From contig NIVC01001050.1 in NCBI GenBank assembly GCA_002269645.1, forward strand, positions 1-58,392: a stretch of DNA of 58,392 nt, in the 5' to 3' direction. Below, in pieces: positions 25,067 through 43,260 of this stretch (position 1 is its first letter; every line of letters starts with the position of its first letter). The translations under genes were made by a program, and so were the position numbers. Source of the stretch: Macrostomum lignano. Lineage: Eukaryota. Under the pieces are notes generated by a model, which was not told the origin of the DNA, made no database searches, and saw nothing but the letters and a program-made list of their open reading frames with translations.

Positions 25067-25837
25067 TTAGTTAAAGGGAGAAATACATTCGCACAGCACT
25101 CCAAATCCTTTAAAGGCAAAATCACTTGCAGCTTCATTGAAGTCCACTAGACCAGGAAAAGCGGTTCCAAATATTGCGACAGCATTTTCACCTCCATAGT
25201 TGTCTGGCTGGCGAGAGCTCCACAGACTTTTGTCCAAGGCAATGTTGCAGGCGACCCAGTACCAACCTTCTCCAGGCTCCAGACTGCCAGGTTTTTGGTA
25301 CCCACCAAGCCAGAACTGACCTCCAGGGCAATATGTCTTGTACATGATGTTCACTCTGCTCATCTCTGTGGTGTCAGTAACATCCGCCATAATCACCAGA
25401 CCGCTCTCCGACTCACATTTCTGTCTACTCATCGACCAGTTCCTTGAACCGAAGTGCAGCCTGTACTTTGCTCCGCACAGGTCGTCTCCGTAGCCAGACG
25501 GACACAGCGCGCCCGCCTCGAGTCCCGGCTGCTGCTTCACAAACACCCGGCCTCTCCTGGAGCAGCCGCAGTCCCTCACCGACTTGCTGCACTTGTCGAA
25601 CACGAACAGCTGGCACGGACCGTCAGCCAGGCTGAACGCCTGGCAGCGCCGGTTTCTGGTGCACAGAGCCGCACATTTAATTTTGTTTGTTATATTTGAG
25701 TGAATGTCCGTATAGATGCTTTTTACGCACAAACTGCCGTGAATCGAGTGAAACTCTTGCTCGTTGAAGCCAGTTGTCAAAAACTGATCACAGAGTATAA
25801 ACTGAATTAGCAATGTGATTTGTAAGCTCGAAAACAT
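25067..25837 (-). CDS. Secreted PAN/apple-domain + C-type lectin-domain protein, single exon, 256 aa
   Basis: Hydrophobic signal-like N-terminus; PAN-like CAALCTRNRRCQAFS...CQL; CTLD motifs WSMSRQKC, FWLGG, WYW, WSSRQPDN, VLCE. Confidence 0.85.
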   Translation of the reverse strand: MFSSLQITLLIQFILCDQFLTTGFNEQEFHSIHGSLCVKSIYTDIHSNITNKIKCAALCTRNRRCQAFSLADGPCQLFVFDKCSKSVRDCGCSRRGRVFVKQQPGLEAGALCPSGYGDDLCGAKYRLHFGSRNWSMSRQKCESESGLVIMADVTDTTEMSRVNIMYKTYCPGGQFWLGGYQKPGSLEPGEGWYWVACNIALDKSLWSSRQPDNYGGENAVAIFGTAFPGLVDFNEAASDFAFKGFGVLCECISPFN

Positions 25838-26196
25838 TGCAGGGGTAGCTTAATCTTCTACCGTCTTCTTTGTCTTTGAAATGAATTGAAAATTCTATCC
25901 TAGATTCTGCCTATCTAACCAGTATTTTAAAATTATTTTCGCCTTGCATTGCCATTCTGAACAGCTCTTGGCGTAACATTAGTTGTGTTTGAGCTGCCAA
26001 TACGACGCTTTCAATTGCGAGCCTGCATCCAGTCTAAAGTGGATTGCAATTGTACGTTTTTTCGTTGAATTGCGCATCAAATAAAAACACCTGGGGCAGT
26101 TAAAAAGTTTATGAATAAATACTTGACGAGCCAAACCGTTTTCTGACATTCAAATCTACTAATGAAAAGGCCTATTCAGGAGGTGCTGGTCGACAT

Positions 26197-26480
26197 CACG
26201 GCTCTAGGCAAACTTTTTACCTTAAGGCCCAGATAAAAAATCCAGCTCATGCCTGCGAGCCAGATACGAGACTTAAGGAGAAGGATTGGAGGAGAGATAA
26301 GAGGCGAGAGAAAAGATAAAAGGATAGGAGGGAAGAGCTAGAGAAGAGAGAAGATTGGAAAGAGAAGAGAGCTGAGTTGAGACATAAGCCAATTAAGCAA
26401 GCCTTAGTACTTCAGGGCCCGATAGAGAGGCTTGGTGGGTCACATGTGGCCCGCGGGCCGAAGTTTGCTGACCAACTCTG
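26197..26480. mobile_element. Degraded non-autonomous hAT-like element
   Basis: Left end GGCAAACTTTTT...GGCCCAGAT and right end GTGGCCCGCGGGCCGAAGTTTGCTGACC resemble the GGCAAAC/GTTTGCC termini and GGCCCGCGGGCC subterminal motif of small hAT elements. The interior is purine-rich filler. Confidence 0.5.
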
Positions 26481-26764
26481 ACTCGAGAGAAGTGCTGAAA
26501 TTTGAAAAGTCAAACGTTCCATTTTTTAGATCGTAACAGTTACGCATTGTATCTAGAAATAATACGTAAAGTATTAAAATGTGTTGAAGAAACATTCGTG
26601 AGACAGTGTGCTTGTGCTGCGTTGTGCATATGGTTTTGACATGGACGATGATTAATTTAAGTCACTCGTGGCTTCACCACTCGTGAAAAATGAATACCTC
26701 CATGTTAGTTCCTCATAGCATACAAAAAACCACGGAACGAGCAGAACCTAGACTAGGACACAAT

Positions 26765-27055
26765 TTCCAAGAAAAGGACGCTTATATCACATTAATATTG
26801 CAGAGATTTCTAGGAATCAGAATAAGAGTACTTCTGTTGGAATTTCTTGGAAATATTTGCCTACCATGTAAGTTAGATATCAAAGTGTACTTGCTAAGCT
26901 TTCAACTGCATCAGACGTTTGACTATCGTATAGTTGATACACTGTTCGCGAATTCACTTCTTATCAAAATTAAAAAAACTTGCATTCAAACATCACGCAA
27001 GCAACATGTCAGTAGAAACAGTTCGCGAAAGTCTGCAGAAATTTATTTCTAGGAA
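26765..27055. promoter_or_regulatory. Cluster of four STAT/GAS-type palindromes (TTCYNRGAA) upstream of Mx copy 1
   Basis: TTCCAAGAA 26765-73, TTCTAGGAA 26808-16, TTCTTGGAA 26844-52, TTCTAGGAA 27047-55. The motifs are seen directly; function is inferred. Confidence 0.55.
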
Positions 27056-27385
27056 ATTTGAGAGCTTTTCTTGGTATGCACATTTTAGATCTACGCTCTT
27101 TCGCGCATGTACACTTATGAGCGGAGTGTATAGTGTAGCTATACTGATAAAAAATACGCTGATCAAAAACGTACACTCTAAAAAAAACGTGCAATGATGT
27201 TTCAGTGCACAGATGCGAGTGTATATATGTACGCTTTCCTGCCCACTGTTCTTATTCTCACTGCATTTTTAGGGTTTATACATTTTACCCACTCATAATT
27301 TCGTCGAATTTAACTTTGAATTTCAAAAACTCTATTAAGTTTTGCGATTCTGTACAGTTGACATCATAGCTCGTATCAACCTCAA

Positions 27386-30300
27386 ATGTCATCGCAGAGT
27401 TCGTCACACCATTCGTCAAGTTCGTCAAAGTCAAGTTCGTCGTCAAAAAAGAGGGTATTACTACTACTTCTACTACTACTACTGCTGCTATTATTACTAT
27501 TATTAATACTACTACCATTACTATTACCGAAAGTACGAACATACTTCTACTCCCACAGCAGCACAAGTCCTCTGATGGCCCGACCCCGGCGAAACAGGTC
27601 AAGAGCCCCGATGCCACTGAGACTGTGTTGCTAAGCGCTGCTGCAGACGCCTCCAAGACGTTCACTCCAGCGCTCAGTCAGCAGTATCGCGAGCGAATCC
27701 GGCCAGTGCTGAACAGCATCGATCGTCTCCGGTCGCACGGCCTACAAAATGAGCTCCGCCTGCCCACAGTAGCCGTTGTGGGCGACCAATCGGTAGGCAA
27801 ATCCAGCGTGCTGGAGGCCATCTCGGGCGTGGACTTGCCGCGCGGTACCGGCATTGTGACTCGCTGCCCGCTGCAGCTGAGCATGCGCTCAAAGCCGACT
27901 GGAGACTGGACTGGTAGGATTAGGTGAGCATTTTTATTCTATTAATTCACGTCCTTCGAACTCCTTTCTGAATTTACATTAAATACACATAAAAATATCT
28001 TGCAAATATTAGCAAATTTTGACAGATTTGACAGCGCGGGTATTTGTCTTGCTAAAAAACATTTTCTCAATTACACTGCATGATATGAAATACCAGCAAT
28101 GAGGCTATTCTGCCCTTTCTACTGACCCCTGAGTACATACAAGAGCGCCAGTAATGTACACAGGCACGCGACTCCCACACACTCACACAAGGTGCACAGG
28201 GGCCCCGCACGGACAACCAACTGGCCAATATTTGTCCCAAATGAATGTGGCCGCACAGGCCCGAAATGAACTAGCTTCCTTTCTGCTGAAAACTAGCAGG
28301 CACTTTAGATTGAAATGAAAAATCAAAGTTGAAAAGTAAAGGGGATGTGAACTTAAGAGTCAAAATGGAGCCCGAAACATTCTGTCCCGGTTTCTCTACG
28401 CCAATCCCTTCATTTGGAGCCAAACAGCTGCCGTTATGCCGAAAACCCGGCCACTTTAGCATTTGAGGATCCCTATGAGGAGAAATGGGATTAATGGGGA
28501 AGAATTCATGTAAACTTCAGGTTCCAGAATGGAGCATGAAGCATTGGGTCCCGGTTTCTCTACGCCAATGCCTTCATTTGGAGCTTCAAACGCTTAAAAA
28601 ACGAGATGACCATGATATACGCTCCCCTTTTGGCACTTTTCATGTTTGTACGAAGAATAGGAGCGATAGTAATGTTATGTCATGCCCCCATTATGTTGTT
28701 TCTTAATAATGTTTATGTTATCTTCCCCACCCCAGCTCTCGTCAAGGGGGGTTTGTATCACACATATTAGACCGACGATTTCTACCTCGACGAAGTGGAG
28801 GTTAACCCGAAGTTTTGAGACGGAGGGTGGTAAACATCATTTTCGCACATTTATATCGTGTCAAAGGTGCAAAGCTTCCCCACAACCATTTCTCCCCATA
28901 GAGATCCCCAAATGCTAAAGTGTTCGGGTTTTCGCATGACGGCAGCTTTTTGGCTCCAAATGAAGGGATTGGCGTAGAAAAATCAGGACCGAATGTTTCG
29001 AACTCCATTTTGACTCTTAAGTTCACATCCCCTTTGTAAACTGCTGCTGGGCAGCACATCATTTGCCTTCGTCGAGAAAACGTTCTTCCAGTACTCCAGG
29101 CTGCAAAATTACAAAGATACGTGGGTTAAAGTATTTCAAAAGTCATTCCAATGTCTTCAAAGTTAACCAGCTGTAATTTCACAAGTGTCGTTTCCTGCTC
29201 TCCTAAGAGCCTTTTCTGACAAGACACCCTTCCAACCCCCGACAACAGCTACCAAAATCGCAAGGGCGAGCACGTCGAGCGTGAAATATCGAAAAAATGT
29301 GAAGTCGACGAAATGGTGCGCAAAGTACAAAACGAAATCACTGGCGACTCGAACGGCGTATCTACGGAGCAGATCGACCTGACCATTGAGAGCGCGGATG
29401 TGTCCGACCTCACCCTGGTTGACCTGCCCGGCATTGCCAGGTACTCTGAGAAGAATCCGAAGATCAACGAGGTCACCAAGCAGCTGATTCTGTCTTACAT
29501 CAGCCAGGACCAGGTGATCATCCTGGTTGTTGTACCCTGCAGCGTGGACATCGAGACAGTGGAGGCCATTGCTCTAGCCAAACAGGTGGACCCAGGGGGC
29601 ACCAGGACGATCGGAGTCCTGACTTGCCCGGACCTGACCAACCCTGGCAGCGAGGAGGACATCAAAGCCATCGTCAACAACCAAGGCAGAGTGCGACTGC
29701 ACAAAGGCTTTGTCATGGTGAAATGCCGCAGCCCCAAGGAGCTCAGGAACAACATTAGTCTGAGCGAGGTGGCCAAAATCGAGGAGGATTATTTCAGAAA
29801 CGATCCGCACTTCAGCCAGCTGCCAAAGGATATTGTTGGCACAAAGACGCTGGCAGAGAAGCTGACAAATGAGTTGTTCAAGGCAGTGGCTGCGGGCATT
29901 GAGACTCTGGAGGAGAGTCTGAAGGTAAGCCGACTGAGAAAGTCAGCTCCACGGGGGAGTTGGCGAACTTCGGTCCTCAAAGCCTTTCCATCCGGCCTTT
30001 AAATACTTTAAATACTTTATATGCGATCCCGCCCACTCAAAGTTTATGTATTTTCTCAGCTCTTTTCTCCTCTCTCCCCTCTTCTCTTCACTCTCCCCTC
30101 TTCTCTCCACTCTCCCCTCTTCTCTCCTCTCTCCCCTATTTTCTCTTTCCTCTCTCTTTCCTCTCTTTTCTTTTTTACTCTCTCCCTCCTGTCACCTCTA
30201 ATCGACTAATCCTGTCTTCTGATCGTATCTCTCTTATCAGGTCTTCTCTTTTTTCCTCTCTCCTCTTGTCCTCTGTGTAACAGGTAGGATTTTGTGTCCA

Positions 30301-32352
30301 TCCTGCCTGCACCTTCTGCTCACGTCGGATAACAAAGAATTGAACTCGAAGCACGGTTTTTCTGGGCCCAGGCTGCTGCGGCCTACAGCCCAGCCGAGGC
30401 AATGGCCATGCCTTTAGGCCCGCAGATGCGGGCGAGAGGAAAGTGAAGCGAGCGCCTCCACTGTCTCTCCTTTTTATTTAAAACATAAGCATACGCTTAT
30501 GTTACATAGAAAAAATGAAAATTGCGCAGTAGTTTAGGTGCAGCCGTCCTTTGCAAATATGACTGCATTTTATGCAGCTCATACTCTGGTTAAAGAAGTT
30601 TGCTGCCCTTAGTCAGCGGATATGCATTCAAACAGAATAGCAGTTTACTTTTTCATTACGTAATATATAAGACTTGATGTGGCTGAATGCTTTCAGGTCA
30701 GATTTCTATTTGGCGCTTGTTTTTATGTGCCCATGCGTGCTTAGGGTCAATCGAATGTATACGTCATCGTTTTGATTTGACAGCTCGCAAACTGAACTAA
30801 ATTAAAAAATTTATTTCTCACAGAGCAAGCTGAAGGACTACGAAGAGGAGCTGAAAGACCTGGAGGACAGTCTGTGCGAGACAGACAGCGACAAGAGAGC
30901 CTACCTGATGCGCAAGCTGCAGCAGTTTGCCTCAAAAGTACACGCCGCCACGGCCAGTCCAGAAGACGAGCGGGACGCATTCGCCACGGGCAGCTCCAGC
31001 AGTCTGTACAGCAGCTGTCTGACTAATTGTTCGAGCTTTGGCTACCTTGTGAGTAATAGCCAGCCTGGTGAGTTGTTTATTCATTACGAGTTTCCTGGCG
31101 CACGGGGCGCTTCTATGCGAAATATAGATTTTAGTTGTAAATACTTGTAACAACCATGTATCATAATCGGCGACTTTTTTAGCACAAAGTCCATACACAT
31201 TATAAAATTTCATTCTTTATGCTAAACTGGCCACGCGAACTCGACGTTGCTTGACGTCCATGACAAACTTTCTATTTCAGACTGGATCATTGACTACTCG
31301 AAAAGCCTACCCAATTATGTGTCCGACGAGGTGCAACTTAGAAGAGGACGCGAGCTTCCAACTTTCACATTTGTGTTCCCTGTTGTTCAGAAGATTGTAT
31401 TCGAAGAATATTTGCCAGAAGTAGAAAACCTGGCGAAGTGGCTACTCGGTGAGGTGCAGTTTCAAGTTACTAAATCGCTTGAAAACCTGACCGAAAATTG
31501 TTTCAAAGCGTTTCCAAGGCTGCTGCTACTTGTGAAAGAAACTGTTGTCAAGGCGATCGAAGCCCAAGAGGCTGAGTGTCGTGCAGACCTGGCTAAGCTG
31601 ATCGCACACGAGCGTCGCTTGTTCACTCAGGACAGTCAGTTTTTGGAAAAACTGCGTTACGTTACAGAGCAACAAAAGGAGTTTCTGGCTAAGCAACCTG
31701 TTCCTCCGTAAGTAACTGATTTAATTGGGCGTTTACCGAAGGATTTTAGGAGCTGACGCCCCTTGTTCCTGGCACCCAAAGAAGCGTCCCTAGCTACTAC
31801 GAAACTCCTGGCTATGCCTCTCACATTTGGATCTAAAAACACTACAAATGGAATAGTTATTATATATCCAATTTAAAAGAGGAGGTTCCGTTTTTCAGCC
31901 CAACCCTTTTTTCGGGTTTCGGAGTCGCGGCAGCATCACAGCCGATCCGAATCTCTCGCGAGCCTCAAGCAAGCCCAACCACAAGGGCGTCTCAAGGGGG
32001 CTTCAAGAGAGCCGAGCCTCAAGTGAGCCGAGCCTCAAGCGAGCCGTCACATGAGGAGCAAATTCGCCTGGGAACCAAAGCCTACCTGCTGCTGGCCTGT
32101 CAGCGCATCTCGGACACGGTGCCAATGTCCGTGCTGTGCCACATGCTCGACGGCGTGGCCACAAAGCTGGTTGCCGAGATAACCCGACTGTTTGCCGGCG
32201 GCAGCCACCAGGTGGAGATCCTGGATCTGCTGCGAGAGAAGGAGGGCAGGCAGCGGAGGAGGCGCTACCTGATTCAGGCTGCTTGTCAGATGCGCGAGTC
32301 CCGGAAGGAGCTGCAGAGCGCCAAGCAGAACCGCATGCTGCTGGAGGACTGA
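27386..32352 (+). CDS. Mx: Mx-like dynamin-family GTPase, copy 1 (744 aa); exons 27386-27454, 27559-27923, 29249-29924, 30824-31067, 31281-31707, 31899-32352
   Basis: [16 protein letters not shown] (BSE), G1 GDQSVGKS, Mx signature [14 protein letters not shown]3 DLPG, G4 variant TCPD, stalk RGRELP...FTQD, and [19 protein letters not shown]...LLREKE. No PH or PRD domain. All splice phases are consistent with an open frame. Confidence 0.9.
28338..29035. mobile_element. MITE with ~150-bp terminal inverted repeats in Mx1 intron 2
   Basis: AAAGGGGATGTGAACTTAAGAGTCAAAATGGAG...GAGAAATGG (28338-28487) is the reverse complement of CCATTTCTC...CTCCATTTTGACTCTTAAGTTCACATCCCCTTT (~28876-29035). Non-coding. 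Confidence 0.8.
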
Positions 32353-33933
32353 GACATATTTGAGATGAAAAATGGAAGACTGTTCATGCGAACACGAATT
32401 TACCTAAATTTACTTTAACTATCTTCGAAGTGACCACACAACTGATATACCGTTGAACGGAGACTAACCAAAGTACTTTTGAATGGTAGCTACATGCCAC
32501 CTCGACCCCGACTGAACAATTTGATACTTTAGAAATAACCCTGACGACCCCAACTCAAGCGTATCTCGGAACTCTTCAACTCTGGTGGAACGGAAAACTT
32601 TATTAGAAATGTCTCAAAAAATACCCGAAAATGTTTATCAACTACTTACAGTACTCATCTGCCTGTATCCATTTATAACCATTTTTTTAACCAAGTCTTG
32701 TAAGCTTGGGCGGAGTTTTTAAGCAGCTTCAATTGTTTAATTGTATTGCAGCACGATCAGTTTTTATTAGTATTTAATGCAGGAATTCCATTTCACAATA
32801 AATCTTAATAATCGAAAAGTTTTTATGTTTGTATGATCTTTATGATAGTTTTATGATAGTTTTAATGATCTAAAAGCATGGTTAAACACGTCTCTAATCG
32901 TAATCTATTTATTAAAATTCGCACTTGAGCATGTTTTGTTCTCTTTTCTTCTTAAACTATTGCAATACTTGCCTCAAGAAGTCATGAAAAGGAATAATCT
33001 CTAAAGCAAACAAATTTAACTTGTTATTAAATACACTTTGTTAAAATTTCGAGAGTTGAGCAAATTTTCCTATTGCAACTGCAGTGTCCTAAAATTCTAT
33101 TAAATTAGGGAAAGCTATTTGTGTTTGGATATCATTGTTATTTCTTCCGACACATGTGTTTAGCTTTCATTTCAAGCTTCAAATGCCAACCTAAAGCAAA
33201 TACGCAGAACAAAAATAGCGACCAGATATGAATTGCTGTTATATTCACAGAAATGTCCAATGCAAAGTTCGTCTTTCTGCCAATAACAAAATACACAGCA
33301 ACAATGCATGCAAAACGCGATGTTTTCGATGTTTTAAACACCGGTTATCTTCTGCCATCAGACAGCGGTGGAACAAAAGACAACTACCGGAGATGCTTCT
33401 CTTTGTCTACACATTTTAAACTTCAAAACCGAAAGGATTAGCGTGCCTCTTAGGGCTTCTTTAGGATTTATGAGTTTTCTACAATTTCATCCCTTGCCGT
33501 CGATGAGATGGGGAGCCGCTTTCCTAACGACGGCAGGGTTTACACAAACAGCGCATGCAATTAAAACAGCACTAGACATGGCCCGTTACTACGGGGGCGG
33601 GGGCTGGACGGTTAGACTGCGGAGTTGCTCTGGTTGCGTTAGAGCGTCAGGGGAGAGCTCAGTTCTGCGTTCGTTTACTGTCCTTCTGTGCGGGCCGGCC
33701 AACGCATCCACCCTCAGTTGCCACGCCAGGTCGGGGCTGGGCGTCGGTCCCGGGCCTGCACTGCGGCTCCTCCTCAGGAGCGGCCTCCGCGCTGGGCTCA
33801 TTAAGAATTCGCCGGCCGGCCGTCTCCGCTTGTCAACCGTCCAGGTCAAATTGCAGCCTCGCCTTTGATCTCTGGCTGAAATGGATGGGAGCTGCTGAAG
33901 CTTTGCCATGCGCTGCATGTGCTATTTACGTGT

Positions 33934-34073
<140 letters not shown>

Positions 34074-34178
34074 TACACTTAGGCATACTGATGCCACCCT
34101 TCGTAACATGTCAGTAGTACGAAGGGTGCACATGAAACTAGCTCTTACTGCGAGAAAAAAAGCACAGAAAAAACAGGT

Positions 34179-34187
34179 TTCCAGGAA
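34179..34187. promoter_or_regulatory. GAS-type site TTCCAGGAA ~300 bp upstream of the Mx2 ATG
   Basis: Exact palindrome; the same site occurs at 41323-41331 before Mx3. Confidence 0.35.
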
Positions 34188-34483
34188 ATAGTTCACACGC
34201 ACATCTGCAGGAATCTTTTGGAAATTTTTGGCGCAGTTCATTATACGAGCGTATGTACATGGATGAAAAGGGTGTACAGTTTATCATTATCGTTCCCTGT
34301 AGAAATTCCAACGGACAGTGGTGTATCAGTGCTTAAATGGGAGTGTGAATATGCACTGTACTGCCCGTTGTTCTTATTCAAAATATTTTGCCCTGCCGGC
34401 AATTTGTTTTCTCTGACTTTGAGTTCCGAAAACGCAACTCATTTTTTGGATTCTGTATAGCAGACGTACTATACAAACCTGAA

Positions 34484-39491
<5,008 letters not shown>

Positions 39492-41084
39492 GACAAGCGC
39501 CTCTATTTGAGATGAAAAATGAAAGACTGTTCATGCGAACACGAATTTACCTAAATTTACTTTAACTATCTTCGAAGTGACCACAAATAATATACCTTTG
39601 AACGGAGACTAACAAAAGTACTTTTGAATGGTAGCTCCATGTATGCCACCGCACAGACCCCGACTGAACAATTTGATACTTTAGAAATAACCCTGACGAC
39701 CCCAACTACAAGCGTATCTCGGAACTCTTCAACTCTGGTGGAACGGAAAACTTTATTAGAAATGTCTCAAAAATACCCGAAAATGTTTATCAACTACTTA
39801 CAGTACTCATCTGCCTGTATCCATTTATAACCATTTTTTTAACCAAGTCTTGTAAGCTTGGGCGGAGTTTTTAAGCAGCTTCAATTGTTTAATTGTATTG
39901 CAGCACGATCAGTTTTTATTAGTATTTAATGCAGGAATTCCATTTCACAATAAATCTTAATAATCTAAAAGTTTTTATGTTTGTATGATCTTTATGATAG
40001 TTTTATGATAGTTTTAATGATCTAAAAGCATGGTTAAACACGTCTCTAATCGTAATCTATTTATTAAAATTCGCACTTGAGCATGTTTTGTTCTCTTTTC
40101 TTCTTAAACTATTGCAATACTTGCCTCAAGAAGTCATGAAAAGGAATAATCTCTAAAGCAAACAAATTTAACTTGTTATTAAATACACTTTGTTAAAATT
40201 TCGAGAGTTGAGCAAATTTTCCTATTGCAACTGCAGTGTCCTAAAATTCTATTAAATTAGGGAAAGCTATTTGTGTTTGGATATCATTGTTATTTCTTCC
40301 GACACATGTGTTTAGCTTTCATTTCAAGCTTCAAATGCCAACCTAAAGCAAATACGCAGAACAAAAATAGCGACCAGATATGAATTGCTGTTATATTCAC
40401 AGAAATGTCCAATGCAAAGTTCGTCTTTCTGCCAATAACAAAATACACAGCAACAATGCATGCAAAACGCGATGTTTTCGATGTTTTAAACACCGGTTAT
40501 CTTCTGCCATCAGACAGCGGTGGAACAAAAGACAACTACCGGAGATGCTTCTCTTTGTCTACACATTTTAAACTTCAAAACCGAAAGGATTAGCGTGCCT
40601 CTTAGGGCTTCTTTAGGATTTATGAGTTTTCTACAATTTCATCCCTTGCCGTCGATGAGATGGGGAGCCGCTTTCCTAACGACGGCAGGGTTTACACAAA
40701 CAGCGCATGCAATTAAAACAGCACTAGACATGGCCCGTTACTACGGGGGCGGGGGCTGGACGGTTAGACTGCGGAGTTGCTCTGGTTGCGTTAGAGCGTC
40801 AGGGGAGAGCTCAGTTCTGCGTTCGTTTACTGTCCTTCTGTGCGGGCCGGCCAACGCATCCACCCTCAGTTGCCACGCCAGGTCGGGGCTGGGCGTCGGT
40901 CCCGGGCCTGCACTGCGGCTCCTCCTCAGGAGCGGCCTCCGCGCTGGGCTCATTAAGAATTCGCCGGCCGGCCGTCTCCGCTTGTCAACCGTCCAGGTCA
41001 AATTGCAGCCTCGCCTTTGATCTCTGGCTGAAATGGATGGGAGCTGCTGAAGCTTTGCCATGCGCTGCATGTGCTATTTACGTG

Positions 41085-41217
<133 letters not shown>

Positions 41218-41734
41218 TACACTTAGGCATACTGATGCCACCCTTCGTAACATGTCAGTAGTACGAAGGGTGCACATGAAACTAGCTCTTACTGCGAGAA
41301 AAAAAGCACAGAAAAAACAGGTTTCCAGGAAATAGTTCACACGCACATCTGCAGGAATTTTTTGGAAATTTTTGGCGCAGTTCATTATACGAGCGTATGT
41401 ACATGGATGAAAAGGGTGTGCAGTTTATCATTATCGTTCCCTGTAGAAATTCCAACGGACAGTGGTGTATCAGTGCTTAAATGGGAGTGTGAATATGCAC
41501 TGTACTGCCCGTTGTTCTTATTCAAAATATTTTGCCCTGCCGGCAATTTGTTTTCTCTGACTTTGAGTTTCGAAAACGCAACTCATTTTTTGGATTCTGT
41601 ATAGCAGACGTACTATACAAGCCTGAAATGTCATCGCGGAGTTCGCCAAATTTGTCGTCAAACAAGCGGGTAAATCATTTTTGTAGTGCTTAGCCATAAA
41701 ATTTCCCGCGCTACATTTCAGTAAAAGACTACTA

Positions 41735-43260
<1,526 letters not shown>

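Noticed and set aside
26690-27386. Canonical ISRE (GAAANNGAAACT) in Mx upstream regions
   Set aside because: Looked for but no convincing match was seen; only GAS-type sites are present.
29925-30002. ORF-track C-termini of Mx fragments (VSRLRKSAP...) read as real protein ends
   Set aside because: They are read-through past the AAG|GTAAGC donor; the same applies to the other Mx, ETS, E2 and NLR ORF tails.
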